Shown piece by piece: positions 50,073 to 60,518 of a DNA stretch of 64,000 nt. The DNA lies in contig DATMBG010000012.1 of NCBI GenBank assembly GCA_035559535.1, positions 1-64,000 on the forward strand, written 5' to 3'. The translations under genes and the position numbers were made by a program. Within the stretch, counting starts at the first letter, position 1. Each line of letters starts with the position of its first letter. This stretch comes from Candidatus Limnocylindrales bacterium. GTDB taxonomy: Bacteria; Moduliflexota; Moduliflexia; Moduliflexales; JAUQPW01. The notes below the pieces were generated by a model. It was given only the letters and a program-made list of their open reading frames with translations. It searched no databases and was not told the DNA's origin.

Positions 50073-50882
50073 ATGCCCAATTTGGAAACTCCGGAAATTT
50101 TCGATCTGACTACCCTACAGGCAAACCCTGAGGAAATCATTATCATGCAGGGAATCAAAAAGTCCTTCAACAGTCAGGAGGTGTTGAGGGGAGTTGATTT
50201 AACCATCCATCGAGGAGAAACCCTGGTTATCCTGGGGAGAAGCGGCGGGGGCAAGTCTGTTCTGGTCAGCATGCTGGTAGGGCTTCTCACACCCGATGAA
50301 GGGAGTATTCTCATAGAGAACCAGGATGTGACCCAGTTTCAAAGTGAAAAGGAGTGGAATCAAGTTCGGTTGAAAATCGGCTTCCTGTTTCAAGGCGCTG
50401 CCCTTTATGATTCCATGACCGTCGGAGAAAATGTGGCCTTTCCTTTAAGACAACATACCAAACTTTCGGAAGATGAGATTCAAAGGCTGGTAGCTGAAAA
50501 GTTAAAATGGGTGGAGCTGGAAGGAATCGAAGATAAAATGCCCTCCGAGCTCAGTGGCGGTATGCAAAAGCGGGTTGGCCTGGCCAGGACCATGGCTTTA
50601 AATCCTAAAATTATTATCTATGATGAACCCACCACCGGCCTGGATCCGGTCACTTCGGATACTATTGCCGAGTTGATTCGGAATCTTCAGCAAGAATTTC
50701 AAGTCACTTCTATTGTGGTAACCCACGATATTCGAACGACTTTTTATGTGGCAGATCGAATTGCCATGTTGCACGAAGGAAAAATTCTTACTGTGGGAAC
50801 GGTGGATGAAATCCAGAATAGCCCTTATCAAGAAGTCCAACAATTTATCCATGGGACTCGGAGAGGGAAGAAAAAAGGATGA
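50073..50882 (+). CDS. mlaF: MCE/Mla ABC ATPase
   Basis: GRSGGGKS, LFQGAALYDSMTV, PSELSGGMQKRVGLAR, YDEPTTGLDP. Confidence 0.93.
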   Translation: MPNLETPEIFDLTTLQANPEEIIIMQGIKKSFNSQEVLRGVDLTIHRGETLVILGRSGGGKSVLVSMLVGLLTPDEGSILIENQDVTQFQSEKEWNQVRLKIGFLFQGAALYDSMTVGENVAFPLRQHTKLSEDEIQRLVAEKLKWVELEGIEDKMPSELSGGMQKRVGLARTMALNPKIIIYDEPTTGLDPVTSDTIAELIRNLQQEFQVTSIVVTHDIRTTFYVADRIAMLHEGKILTVGTVDEIQNSPYQEVQQFIHGTRRGKKKG

Positions 50883-50957
50883 ATTATAAAAGATGAAGGA
50901 GGAAACTGGGCTAGACCTCTCCTTCCTCCTTTATAATTCATCCTTGATCCTATTATC

Positions 50958-52076
50958 ATGGCAAAGAAGAAATTTCCCTATGCAGAAACCCTCGTGGGTG
51001 CATTTATTCTTAGTGGTTTGATTGTTCTGTTTTTGATGATCCTTTTTGTCGGCAGTAAACAGAACTTGTTGGAAGGAAGGTTTAAAGTCCAGGCTATTTT
51101 CAGCAGGGTGGGAGGACTTCGGGTCGATTCTCCGGTAAGACTGGCAGGCATCGAAGTCGGAAATGTGGAAGATCTGCGGTTTAATGGCCAAGGGAAAATC
51201 GTGGTTACCATGAGTATTCAACAAAGGTACCGGGAACAGATCCGAAAAGACTCTCTGGCTACCATTGGATCGGTAGGTTTGCTGGGAGATCGAACGGTAG
51301 AAATTAAGGTGGGCTCTCCAGATGCCGAAATAGCCCCTCCAGGCAGTGTGCTTCCTTCTCAAGATGCCTTTGAAATTACAGAGGTTCTAGATCAAATCGG
51401 ACCGGCTATTGAAGACGCGAAGAAAATCATGGCTAATGTGGTTACGGTTACAGAAAAACTCAAATCCCAGGGGAATACCCTGAGCTCTGCTATGGATCAT
51501 GCCAATGAGATCCTGGAAAAGGTTAATACGGGTAAAGGGACGTTGGGAGCCCTTATTAGCGATCCAACACTCTACCAACAGGTCACGGACCTGCTTGGGA
51601 ATAGCAAAAAGGTGGTCAGTAGACTGGAAGTGGCCGCTCAACGAATTGAAGGACTCACAGCCCAACTCTCTAAACTAACACCTAACCTCCAAACTACCAT
51701 GAATAACTTCCAGGAAAGTTCTGCCTACATCAAGGAAAGCTCCGCCGCCTTAAAAGAATCTCTGGAACAGTTCCCGACTCTGGTTAAAAAAGGAGATAAG
51801 ATCCTGGATAATGTGGTGGTTACTTCGGAGAATATTCGAAAAGCTTCTTCGAATATCCCGGAGATCGTCCATACCGGTCAAGAAGCCGTCGATGGTGCAA
51901 ACAAAGTCATGGAGGCTGCACAGAAACATTGGCTCCTGCGTGGCTATGTGGATAGAGAAGAATCGGCCAAAGTGATCACCATGGATAAACGAGATCAGCC
52001 GTACCCTCATGAAACCCCGGGTTCGCTAAACCGGCCGGAACCTGTCGCAGAGAAGGCTAAAAAATCAACGAAGTAA
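50958..52076 (+). CDS. mlaD: MCE-domain protein with long helical extension
   Basis: N-terminal TM; GL...SPV.LAG..VG.V; GLLGD. Confidence 0.9.
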   Translation: MAKKKFPYAETLVGAFILSGLIVLFLMILFVGSKQNLLEGRFKVQAIFSRVGGLRVDSPVRLAGIEVGNVEDLRFNGQGKIVVTMSIQQRYREQIRKDSLATIGSVGLLGDRTVEIKVGSPDAEIAPPGSVLPSQDAFEITEVLDQIGPAIEDAKKIMANVVTVTEKLKSQGNTLSSAMDHANEILEKVNTGKGTLGALISDPTLYQQVTDLLGNSKKVVSRLEVAAQRIEGLTAQLSKLTPNLQTTMNNFQESSAYIKESSAALKESLEQFPTLVKKGDKILDNVVVTSENIRKASSNIPEIVHTGQEAVDGANKVMEAAQKHWLLRGYVDREESAKVITMDKRDQPYPHETPGSLNRPEPVAEKAKKSTK

Positions 52077-52156
52077 AACGCACTACGTAAAACGTAATAG
52101 GAGACGGTGAACGCTTTACGTAGTGCGTTTTACGGTTTATCTCTACGTTTTACATT
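52072..52156. repeat. 7-mer (CGTAAAA) tandem/inverted repeat hairpin
   Basis: GTAAAACGCACTACGTAAA / TTTACGTAGTGCGTTTTAC perfect inverted repeat. Confidence 0.8.
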
Positions 52157-53146
52157 TTGCAGAAAATAATTACCCAACTTCGAAAGCTCCTCTCTACCCT
52201 TTGGATGACCTTACTGGTCCTGAGTGGATGTGGAGGACCCATCCAAAAAATGCCCGAGTTGGCTCAAGAAGCCATCAAACTCAATAACAAAGGTTTTGAC
52301 TATTATCGAGAAGGACATCTGGAGCAGGCACTGGAGAATTATCAAAAGGCCCTGGAGATCAATCGGGTGATAGATAACCGTCGAGGTGTTGCAGCAAGTT
52401 TAAATAATATCGGAGCCCTTTATGAACGCCGTGGAGACCTGGATCAGGCACTTCGATATTATCAACAAGCTTTGGAAGAAAATAAGCAGGCCGGAAATGA
52501 GGCGGGCGTGGTAGCGAATCTTAATAATATCGGAGGTATCTACGAAACCCGAGGAGACCTGGCGACCGCCTGGAAATATTATCAAGAGGCTTTAAATCTC
52601 AGTGAAAAAATCAATGACGACGCAGGTCGCGCCGTTTCTCTGAATAATATAGGCCACTGGTTAAAACAAAAGGGATATTATCCAGATGCCTTGAAGAACT
52701 ATCAAAAAGCCCTGGAAATTGATACCAGGCTTAAAAATAAGGCCGGGATGGCTATCCGGTTGAATAACATAGGTGCCGTTTATCAGGCTCTGGGGGATCT
52801 GGATAAAGCCCTGGAGTATTACCAACAGGCCTTGGAGTTAGATAAGCAAATTGAGAATTTGGAAGGAATCGCTGCAGGGCTTATGAATATTGCAGAAATA
52901 CAAAAAACCCAGGGCCATCTGGATGTAGCCCTGGATTATTATGAACGGGCTTTAACGGTAAACCAGGCCCTGGGTAACGAAACCCAGACTTCTTATACTT
53001 TAAGGAAAATTGCGGAAATTTATCAGGCCAAAAAAGAAGACGGAAAAGCCCGAGAATATTATCAAAGAGCTTTACAATCTCTGCCGGCTTCCAAAGGAGA
53101 AAAAAAACTCATCGGGGAAATCCAGTCCGGTAATAACACCCGATAG
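52157..53146 (+). CDS. TPR-repeat lipoprotein
   Basis: Lipobox LSGC; repeats of A..LNNIG..Y...G....AL.YY..AL. Confidence 0.88.
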   Translation: MQKIITQLRKLLSTLWMTLLVLSGCGGPIQKMPELAQEAIKLNNKGFDYYREGHLEQALENYQKALEINRVIDNRRGVAASLNNIGALYERRGDLDQALRYYQQALEENKQAGNEAGVVANLNNIGGIYETRGDLATAWKYYQEALNLSEKINDDAGRAVSLNNIGHWLKQKGYYPDALKNYQKALEIDTRLKNKAGMAIRLNNIGAVYQALGDLDKALEYYQQALELDKQIENLEGIAAGLMNIAEIQKTQGHLDVALDYYERALTVNQALGNETQTSYTLRKIAEIYQAKKEDGKAREYYQRALQSLPASKGEKKLIGEIQSGNNTR

Positions 53147-53480
53147 CCCACGCGACCTTTCAGGGGTTCTCCAACCCTCTTCCCAGGATCTGTCCTGGAT
53201 CCTCCATGCTGGCCTTCCCACCTTATCTTCCCCTGAACGGGAAGAAAAAGAGATACAACGTAGCCTCTCCTCAACCCTTGTAACAAATTTCCCAATAGCC
53301 CGATGGGGAATAGATTTCAAATCTCCATCCTTACCCTCTACAAAAACCACCCAACTGATAGGCCAGCCCCTCCTATCCTCGGGTTTGGTCGTAAAACCGG
53401 AAAAGGACTCAAGACAGAGTTTTGGGTACCATGGAAGAATAAGGGAGGAAGATCCTGCTCTACGATTCGGTTTTTAGGAT

Positions 53481-54068
53481 CTATTCGACCCCCACTACTT
53501 CCCTCAAAACATCATAGAGGGGAAGTTTTTCTTCTCTGTCTTCGATATATAAGATGGCTACAATATAGTCGAGCACCTTCTTCAAGAAAATTTCGTCCTT
53601 TCCTACCAGTCTATCGACAATTTTATAGAGGAGGTCTTTCCGACTGAAATGCTGTCCTTCAAAAATAAGTCCATCGAAGGTGGCATGGGTTTGGAGATAG
53701 GATAAGATCATCTTCTTTTGATCTTCACCCAAACCTTCAATAGCCTGCAAAAGCTCTTTGTCCTGAGCCGAAAGGGTAACCCCCATGTAGGGTTTTCCAC
53801 CAGTTTCACCCTGCAGGATAAACTCTTCATTTAAATACTTAGAGGCTTCTCGAGCATCCCGATTAAAATAGGCGAAGTCACGGAACCACTCCCGATTTAC
53901 CTTCAAGGCATCTGCCAATTTATATAGAATGAGCATGTCCTTTGGAATTCGCATGCCATCTTCGATATGTTTAATATAAGCATCGGAAATCCCTGCTCTC
54001 TCAGCCAGTTCCTTTTTGTTTAGACCTAACTTTTCTCTTCTGGATGAAACGAATTCATGAAACTTCAT
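53481..54068 (-). CDS. XRE-family HTH transcriptional regulator with unknown C-terminal domain
   Basis: RREKLGLNKKELAERAGISDAYIKHIEDG.R.P; SD GAGGTAAGG. Confidence 0.88.
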   Translation of the reverse strand: MKFHEFVSSRREKLGLNKKELAERAGISDAYIKHIEDGMRIPKDMLILYKLADALKVNREWFRDFAYFNRDAREASKYLNEEFILQGETGGKPYMGVTLSAQDKELLQAIEGLGEDQKKMILSYLQTHATFDGLIFEGQHFSRKDLLYKIVDRLVGKDEIFLKKVLDYIVAILYIEDREEKLPLYDVLREVVGVE

Positions 54069-54143
54069 ACCTTACCTCTATTTCATGGGTTTGTTTGATA
54101 ACTCTTTCACAAATAAACGTTAATCTCGATTAATAAAAATTAG

Positions 54144-54180
54144 TTAAGTGTAAAATCCTTTCATTCAAATAGACACTTAA
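54144..54180. promoter_or_regulatory. Inverted repeat TTAAGTGT-N21-ACACTTAA upstream of the XRE gene (possible operator)
   Basis: Perfect 8-bp dyad in AT-rich upstream DNA. Confidence 0.4.
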
Positions 54181-54305
54181 GTTTTAAAAGAGTTTAATCA
54201 ATCTGAAACAAAAAGAGATATTTTTATGCAATTCTAAAATTTACTATAGTTTGGGGGGAGTTCCCCCTCTTTCATGACCAGGGGAGGGAAGAAATAAAAG
54301 ATAAA

Positions 54306-54514
54306 CGGGACCATCCAACCGGGGTAGAAGGAGACAATAGTTCCCACGACCCGGTAGTCGGCTATAGGGCAGGTTTTAGGAGGTTGTAGCTTAACACAGG
54401 GAATACTTGGATTCTCATCCAGATTAAGCGAATCCACCTGGTAACCCATGAATAAAATTAGGTAGTGTGGGAGTCGAGACGGGTCTTTTCTGTCTATCAA
54501 CACTCGGGTTCCCG
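54306..54514 (+). ncRNA. Candidate structured RNA (~210-nt rod with central bubble)
   Basis: Nested pairings CGGGA/TCCCG, TAGAAGGAGAC/GTCTTTTCTG, TTCCCAC/GTGGGAG, GGTTG/TAACC, CAGG/CCTG, GGATTC/GAATCC; G-U pairs favour the + strand. Confidence 0.4.
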
Positions 54515-54563
54515 GGGTAGCTGTATCAATTTAGTAAGTGGAAGAAGAAACACCCCTATCCCC

Positions 54564-54700
54564 CTATGGGCCAGGATAAGACTGTTAGCCCCGACGGGGC
54601 AGCCTGTTTAACTTGAAAAAATTATGAATTCTGAATCTCCCGACTTGCGTCGAGGGCTCCCAACCGTCTGCCCCTGACAGGGCTTTTCAGTCCTTATACC
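54564..54700. mobile_element. MITE-like element related to 44272-44501, abutting the PEPCK stop codon
   Basis: CCAGGATAAGA..GTTAGCCCCG.CGGGG...TTGAAAAAA...GCCCCTGACA.GG.TTTTCAG shared with the 44272 copy. Confidence 0.6.
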
Positions 54701-56484
54701 AGGACTGAAGTCCCTCTTTTGAGGCGTTTGAGAAGTTTCTGATGCTCCTGTAAAATTTCCTGAGGCAAGGTATCCCCGATTTTATTGAAAAATTCCCTCT
54801 GACTTTCAGCTTCTGCGATCCAATCATCGAGATCGATATTTAAGAGAGTCGATTCGAGTTTTTCCCTGGAGATATTTAAGCCTTCCAGGTTGATACTACT
54901 GGCTTTGGGCAGATAGCCGATGGGACTTTCTACAGCTTCGGCCTTACCAGTGGCTCTTTCAATAATCCATTCCAGGACCCTCAGGTTATCCCCGAATCCG
55001 GGCCAGATAAATTTGCCGGTTTCATCCATTCGGAACCAGTTTACGTGGAAGAGTTTCGGGGGATAGGGTATTTTTTTTCCCATATTGAGCCAGTGTCTGA
55101 AATAATCTCCCATGTTATAACCACAGAATGGGAGCATGGCCATAGGATCCCGACGAACCACCCCTACGCGACCGGTGGCCGCTGCCGTGGTTTCAGAGGC
55201 CATACTTGCCCCCACAAAGACCCCATGTTGCCAATCAAAGGATTGATAAACCAGGGGAGCGACCCGGGCTCTGCGTCCACCGAAAATAATGGCACTGATT
55301 GGTACACCTCTGGGATTTTCCCATTCGGGTGATATGGAAGGACATTGGGAGGCTGGAGCGGTAAACCGGCTGTTGGGATGGGCACCTTTTTCTCCGGAGG
55401 CCGGTGTCCAGGGTCTTCCTCTCCAGTCAATACCTTCTGCAGGAGGATCTTCGAGACCCTCCCACCAAACCGTACCATCCAGCTTTTTTAAAACGTTGGT
55501 GAAAATGGTATTTCTCTGTATGGTAGCCATGGCATTGGGATTTGTTTTCCAATTGGTACCCGGTGCAACTCCAAAAAAACCGGCTTCCGGGTTAATGGCC
55601 CATAATCTTCCGTCTGATCCAATCCTCAGCCAGGCTATATCATCTCCCACCGTCCAGACTTTATAACCCCGTAGCGAGGGGGGTGGGACCAACATGGCCA
55701 GATTTGTTTTCCCACACGCGCTGGGAAAAGCTCCGGCCAGGTAGTGGATCTCTCCCTGGGGATTTTCCACGCCTACAATGAGCATATGTTCGGCCATCCA
55801 CCCTTCTTTTCTCCCTAACCAGGAAGCTATCCGCAAAGCCAGGCATTTTTTCCCGAGTAAGACATTACCTCCATAATTGGATCCCACACTCCAGATGGTA
55901 TTATCTTCTGGAAAATGACAGATGTAACGCCGATCCACGCGAAGGTCAGCCTTACTGTGTAAACCCCTGGTAAAATCGGAGGAGGAACCCAATTCATCCA
56001 AAGCCACCTTACCCATCCGGGTCATGATTCGCATGTTCAGGACTACATAAATACTGTCGGTAAGCTCAATTCCGATCTTGTTGAAGGGGGATCCGGGAAT
56101 GCCCATAAGAAACGGAACCACGTACATGGTTCTTCCTCTCATGGAACCTCTAAAGATATCCCCTAACTTTTTATAGGCCTCTCGGGGGTCCATCCAGTTG
56201 TTGGTGGGCCCTGCATCTTTCTGGGATCTTGAGCAGATGAAGGTTAAGTGTTCAACCCGAGCCACATCATTCTCAGCACTCCGGGCATATAAACAACCCG
56301 GTAATTTTTCTTGATTCAGCTCTTCTACTTCACCGCGTTCTATGGCTTGTTGTGTCAACCGAATTTTCTCCTCCTCAGAGCCATCGCACCACACGATTTC
56401 ATCCGGCTGGCAAAGTTTTGCCATTTCCTCAACCCAGGCTAAAAGAGTTTTATTGTTCGTCGGTGTTTGATCGGTCCTTTTCAT
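54694..56484 (-). CDS. pckG: Phosphoenolpyruvate carboxykinase (GTP)
   Basis: [48 protein letters not shown]. Confidence 0.96.
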   Translation of the reverse strand: MKRTDQTPTNNKTLLAWVEEMAKLCQPDEIVWCDGSEEEKIRLTQQAIERGEVEELNQEKLPGCLYARSAENDVARVEHLTFICSRSQKDAGPTNNWMDPREAYKKLGDIFRGSMRGRTMYVVPFLMGIPGSPFNKIGIELTDSIYVVLNMRIMTRMGKVALDELGSSSDFTRGLHSKADLRVDRRYICHFPEDNTIWSVGSNYGGNVLLGKKCLALRIASWLGRKEGWMAEHMLIVGVENPQGEIHYLAGAFPSACGKTNLAMLVPPPSLRGYKVWTVGDDIAWLRIGSDGRLWAINPEAGFFGVAPGTNWKTNPNAMATIQRNTIFTNVLKKLDGTVWWEGLEDPPAEGIDWRGRPWTPASGEKGAHPNSRFTAPASQCPSISPEWENPRGVPISAIIFGGRRARVAPLVYQSFDWQHGVFVGASMASETTAAATGRVGVVRRDPMAMLPFCGYNMGDYFRHWLNMGKKIPYPPKLFHVNWFRMDETGKFIWPGFGDNLRVLEWIIERATGKAEAVESPIGYLPKASSINLEGLNISREKLESTLLNIDLDDWIAEAESQREFFNKIGDTLPQEILQEHQKLLKRLKRGTSVLV

Positions 56485-56492
56485 AAGGATGT

Positions 56493-56560
56493 GTAGTAAT
56501 GATTTTGGTCGTTTACGTTACTAAAGTGACTGGTTTAAGAACGACTAAAGCCGTTACTAC
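56493..56560. repeat. GTAG...CTAC REP-like hairpin (second family)
   Basis: GTAGTAATGATTTTGGTCGTT ... AACGACTAAAGCCGTTACTAC. Confidence 0.7.
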
Positions 56561-56565
56561 CCCTC

Positions 56566-57339
56566 TTATTGGCCCTTAAAGTGGGCTTCTCGTTTTTCGA
56601 TAAACGCTTTCATTCCTTCTGTTTTGTCCTCAGTGGCAAAAAGAAGATTGAAGCACTGAGACTCAATGGCCAGGCCACTTTCCAGATCAACATTAAGGCC
56701 GTGAAGGATCGATTGTTTAGCCATCTTAACGGCCAGGGGTGGACGTTTAGCCAGTTCAGCCGCTAACTTCTTAGCTTCCGCAACGACCTGCCCTTTTGGA
56801 ACCACCCGGTTAACAAGACCCCATCGCTCGGCCTGAGCTGCATCGATAAAATTCCCCAGCAGGACCATCTCCATGGCCCGATGTTTTCCAACCAGTCGCG
56901 GAAGCCTTTGAGTTCCCCCGGCCCCCGGCATAATTCCCAACTTAATTTCCGGTTGCCCGAATTTGGCCGACTCAGAGGCGATGACAATGTCGCAACACAT
57001 AACCAGTTCGCAACCTCCCCCCAAGGCGTATCCACTAACCGCTGCGATCATAGGCTTGGTAATTTTACGGATTCGTTGCCAGGTATTCCCATGGACTCCC
57101 TGCATCATCTGAACGGCATCCCGGGTTACCATCTCTTTAATGTCGGCCCCTGCGGCAAAATTTTCTTCTCCCCCGGTCAGGATAATCACCCGCAGCTCCG
57201 GGTCTGCCTCCCAGGTTTCCAAAGCCTCTGCAAGTTCCTTCATGAGAGCCGGATTTAAAGCATTTAATACTTTAGGTCTATTCAGCGTGATGGTTCCCAC
57301 GGCCCCCTCTTTCTCTACCAGGATATATTCATAGCCCAT
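56566..57339 (-). CDS. Enoyl-CoA hydratase (crotonase)
   Basis: [44 protein letters not shown] at 57339. Confidence 0.93.
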   Translation of the reverse strand: MGYEYILVEKEGAVGTITLNRPKVLNALNPALMKELAEALETWEADPELRVIILTGGEENFAAGADIKEMVTRDAVQMMQGVHGNTWQRIRKITKPMIAAVSGYALGGGCELVMCCDIVIASESAKFGQPEIKLGIMPGAGGTQRLPRLVGKHRAMEMVLLGNFIDAAQAERWGLVNRVVPKGQVVAEAKKLAAELAKRPPLAVKMAKQSILHGLNVDLESGLAIESQCFNLLFATEDKTEGMKAFIEKREAHFKGQ

Positions 57340-57343
57340 AGCC

Positions 57344-57428
57344 TTAAAAAGGTAAAAGGTAAAAGGTAAAAAAGGTGAAAGGAAAGATCCGCTTGACCCT
57401 TTCACCTTTCGCCTTTCACCTTTTGCCT
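57344..57428. repeat. 7-mer (GGTAAAA) tandem repeat with inverted counterpart
   Basis: AAAAGGTAAAAGGTAAAAGGT ... CCTTTCACCTTTCGCCTTTCACCTTTT. Confidence 0.8.
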
Positions 57429-57449
57429 GGTCCTTTGTTGGGTCCTTTA

Positions 57450-58316
57450 TCAGGACACTTGAATTTCCAGATATAAATCCCCTACGGCCCCATCCCGGGT
57501 TTTCAATCCCTTCCCTTTCAACCGCAATCGGGTTCCTGCCCGAATTCCAGCCGGAATTTTAATTCTTACCCTCTCGGTCTTTCCATTGGTCTGGTAATTA
57601 AAGATTTTTTCGGTGCCGTGGATGGCTTCTTGAAGGGAAATAGAAAGAACCGAAAAGAGATCTAAACCCTTTTTTTGAGGCGATTCGGCCGGGGCTTCCA
57701 GAATTCCGGCGAGTTTCTTTAAGAGATAATGCCCAACCTTCCGACCTATTTTTTTCGCCCACTGATTCAGAAAACCTGCAGGTTGTTGACCTCTGGTTTC
57801 TCCGGCTTCTGATCTGACCCAGGTCCCGTTAAAAGGTCTATAACTTCGATAGAAAACCCCGCCGGGGGTTGTAAAGATAAAGGTATTGATCCCACCTCTC
57901 TTCCCGCCGGAAAGTAGATGGTCCCAGAAAGCCTGATCCAGTCGGAGCCCCATCCGGCTAAACTCTTCATGGAGTTGATCGAAAATATCCCGGGTCAAGG
58001 GGTTATTAAAAAGATCCCTCAAAATATCTTGCTGGGAATAGTTGAAACCCTGGCTGTAGGTCTGTCCTGTATGGGTCGAATCCCATGGGGAATTTCTTAA
58101 CTGATCGTACTGCCACCTCTTGTCTTTATCCATTAAAACCGCATAGGCTTCACTGATATCTTTAAACCTCTCTTCAGCTTGTTTATTTCCGGGATTTCGG
58201 TCTGGATGATATTTAAAGGCTAATTGCCGGTAAGCCCGTTTTATCTCTTCTTCGCTGGCTTCCGGCTTAATTCCAAGGATTCCGTAATAGTCTTTATTAA
58301 ATACATTTCGTGGCAT
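57450..58316 (-). CDS. J-domain protein with truncated DnaJ C-terminal domain (CbpA-like)
   Basis: [29 protein letters not shown]...GDLYL; no Zn finger. Confidence 0.9.
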   Translation of the reverse strand: MPRNVFNKDYYGILGIKPEASEEEIKRAYRQLAFKYHPDRNPGNKQAEERFKDISEAYAVLMDKDKRWQYDQLRNSPWDSTHTGQTYSQGFNYSQQDILRDLFNNPLTRDIFDQLHEEFSRMGLRLDQAFWDHLLSGGKRGGINTFIFTTPGGVFYRSYRPFNGTWVRSEAGETRGQQPAGFLNQWAKKIGRKVGHYLLKKLAGILEAPAESPQKKGLDLFSVLSISLQEAIHGTEKIFNYQTNGKTERVRIKIPAGIRAGTRLRLKGKGLKTRDGAVGDLYLEIQVS

Positions 58317-58328
58317 TTCAGGACTCCT

Positions 58329-58742
58329 TTACCATCTAAAAAAGAAATCCTCCCAGGGGGCTTCTTCCAACCATTGTTGCAATCGGTTCAACTCCTGCCA
58401 TAGCCGATTGAAAACATAATCGGCAAAGGGATCATGGAAAAAATCCCGTACCAGGGGTTCCGGTGCATAACCCCTACGCCGGGGGGAGGTAACCCGAAGG
58501 TGATATTCCAGGGACCGCTTCCGGGCCCGATCATACTCCCCTCTTTTTTCTTTATCCATTAAAACCGCATAGGCTTCACCGATTTCTTTGAACTTTTCCT
58601 CGGCTTCCTTATCCCCTGGGTTTCGATCCGGATGATATTGCAAGGCCAGTAATCGATAAGCTTTTTTGATCTCCTCACCGCTGGCTTCTGGATGGACTTC
58701 CAGGATCTTATAATAATCCTTCATTAAGGGATACCAAAACAT
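58329..58742 (-). CDS. Short J-domain-only protein
   Basis: [23 protein letters not shown]. Confidence 0.88.
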   Translation of the reverse strand: MFWYPLMKDYYKILEVHPEASGEEIKKAYRLLALQYHPDRNPGDKEAEEKFKEIGEAYAVLMDKEKRGEYDRARKRSLEYHLRVTSPRRRGYAPEPLVRDFFHDPFADYVFNRLWQELNRLQQWLEEAPWEDFFFRW

Positions 58743-59019
58743 TTTTATCCCCCCTACCTGATCCTCTTCGAAGCTTTCTTATCTTAACTCTTTAAAAAAC
58801 TGTACCTTTACGATTCTCCCTAAAGGTACAGAAACATGGAGGAAAGTCTAACTTCTGATCTTATCGGGCTCTCTATGCCTCTGTGGTTTGAGATTTCTGC
58901 AAAAGTATCGTAAAAAGGTAGCTTTATTTATCATAATGCAGTATCTCCCCTCCCTTGTCAAGGATAGAAGATAGGAAGTAGAAGGGACGGAGGCCTGGAT
59001 ATTTACTTTTTATGATTTT

Positions 59020-59865
59020 TTACCTGTAGGGTTTTTGAAAGTGCAGGATAAAGTTGTACATAACATAACACTCTAAGGCAAAGGGTGGGAATCCCAGGAA
59101 GCCTAATAAGGGCATCTCAAAAACTTTTAGGAAATCTCCGACAAAGGGGACGGTGTAAACCCATTTGGATCCGGCCCAGTAGTTCCAGAATTCCCAGAGA
59201 AATCCACAAACCAATCCGGCTAACAGCAAAGAGTAGATCTTAGTTAAACGTCCATTTTCCAGATCCCGGAGTAAGGATTTCTCTCCCAACCAGTAGTTGA
59301 TGGGATCCAGGAAAAAAACGAAACTCCCCCAGACCAGGGGGAAGGTATATGTGGGAAATAAAAAAGGAACAATCAAGGTAATTACGCCGATTCCCAGGGA
59401 TAGGTAAAGCAATCTTGGAGTGATTTTCCATCTCTTCGTAGTGGAACCTTGAAAAATCCCCAGGGCTTCGATAAAGTCGGTGGTTTCAAAAATGCCGGGA
59501 AGTACGGTGGCGAAGGAAATGGTATAACCTAACAGGTTAACTCCCAAGGATTGGGGTAAACCTACATAACGCCAGTTTTGAATAAAAATATTGTACACCT
59601 CAAACACCAGCCATACTAAAACGGACCAGGGTAACATCAGGAGGAATTCTTTGGGTCGATTTACGATCAAGGACTGACCTTTTAACTTGAAGATAACACT
59701 ATCCAGGAAGAGAATATACCCGTACCAGGCAAAGGGGTAAAAGAAAGTGACAAAGGGTTCAACCTTCAAAAACATCAGGACTTCGGCCACCACCAGCGTA
59801 AAGAGTCCGATATAACCATGAAGCTTGAGGCCCTTAGCGTGAAAAGGTAAGTTTATTCTGTTCAT
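59020..59865 (-). CDS. Polytopic membrane protein of unknown function
   Basis: Multiple TM helices; WEFWNYWA.SKW.Y and FEMPLLGFLGFPPFALE motifs. Confidence 0.8.
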   Translation of the reverse strand: MNRINLPFHAKGLKLHGYIGLFTLVVAEVLMFLKVEPFVTFFYPFAWYGYILFLDSVIFKLKGQSLIVNRPKEFLLMLPWSVLVWLVFEVYNIFIQNWRYVGLPQSLGVNLLGYTISFATVLPGIFETTDFIEALGIFQGSTTKRWKITPRLLYLSLGIGVITLIVPFLFPTYTFPLVWGSFVFFLDPINYWLGEKSLLRDLENGRLTKIYSLLLAGLVCGFLWEFWNYWAGSKWVYTVPFVGDFLKVFEMPLLGFLGFPPFALECYVMYNFILHFQKPYR

Positions 59866-59877
59866 AGCGTTCAGGTC

Positions 59878-60249
59878 CTACTCAAAACGAAAAAATTCTG
59901 AAGTAGCCGTATAATTACAGGCTTTACAGGAAACCTTCATTTCTTGTGGCCTTAAAAAGATTTCGTTTCGAGCTGAAAAGCATCGGTCACAAGAAATGGT
60001 AAAATCCTTAAATTTAATTCCGGCATACTCACGACCTACCCCATCAATAATTGTGCTATAACCGCTGGGTGGACGACATTGGCGAGGACAGACGGTTTGA
60101 ACCGTTACGAATAATCTTGTAAAGTATCGATGATGAATGACGAGTTCCAGCGAGGCTGGAGATTGGCAGATGTCGCAATGGACCTGGAACCCATCGAGAA
60201 GAAATTTGCGACTGTTTAACTCCTCCTGATTTTTGATTCGAATTTTCAT
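59878..60249 (-). CDS. Small Cys-rich putative zinc-binding protein
   Basis: CDIC, CPRQC, CDRC, CKAC; SD AAAGGAGG before ATG 60249. Confidence 0.7.
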   Translation of the reverse strand: MKIRIKNQEELNSRKFLLDGFQVHCDICQSPASLELVIHHRYFTRLFVTVQTVCPRQCRPPSGYSTIIDGVGREYAGIKFKDFTISCDRCFSARNEIFLRPQEMKVSCKACNYTATSEFFRFE

Positions 60250-60518
60250 AATTTGGACATCCCCTCCTTTTCTCTTCACGATTTTCTTAAACTATTCTGT
60301 TAAGTAACGGGATCAGGATATTATTCTCCCGAGTCTACACAAACGGTTGTCATTGCCTTTATTATTCCGTTCCGTAACGAAATTATGATAGAATCATTCC
60401 TTTAAGTAAGTCAAAAAAAAAGTTTAAATTTTTAAAACTGCCTCAAAGCCGGAAGCCCGAGGTCATCCAAAGTCGGAGGTTATTTTGACTTTAGATTTCT
60501 GAATAAAAGGGTGCGGGG

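Noticed and set aside
53010-53647. Cluster of overlapping ORFs between the TPR lipoprotein and XRE genes
   Set aside because: They overlap real genes, are Pro/Ser-rich and lack SDs; the region is a convergent intergenic spacer with small hairpins.
54234-54503. 89-aa minus-strand ORF upstream of the XRE gene
   Set aside because: No SD, no recognisable motif, and it overlaps a region better explained by RNA structure.
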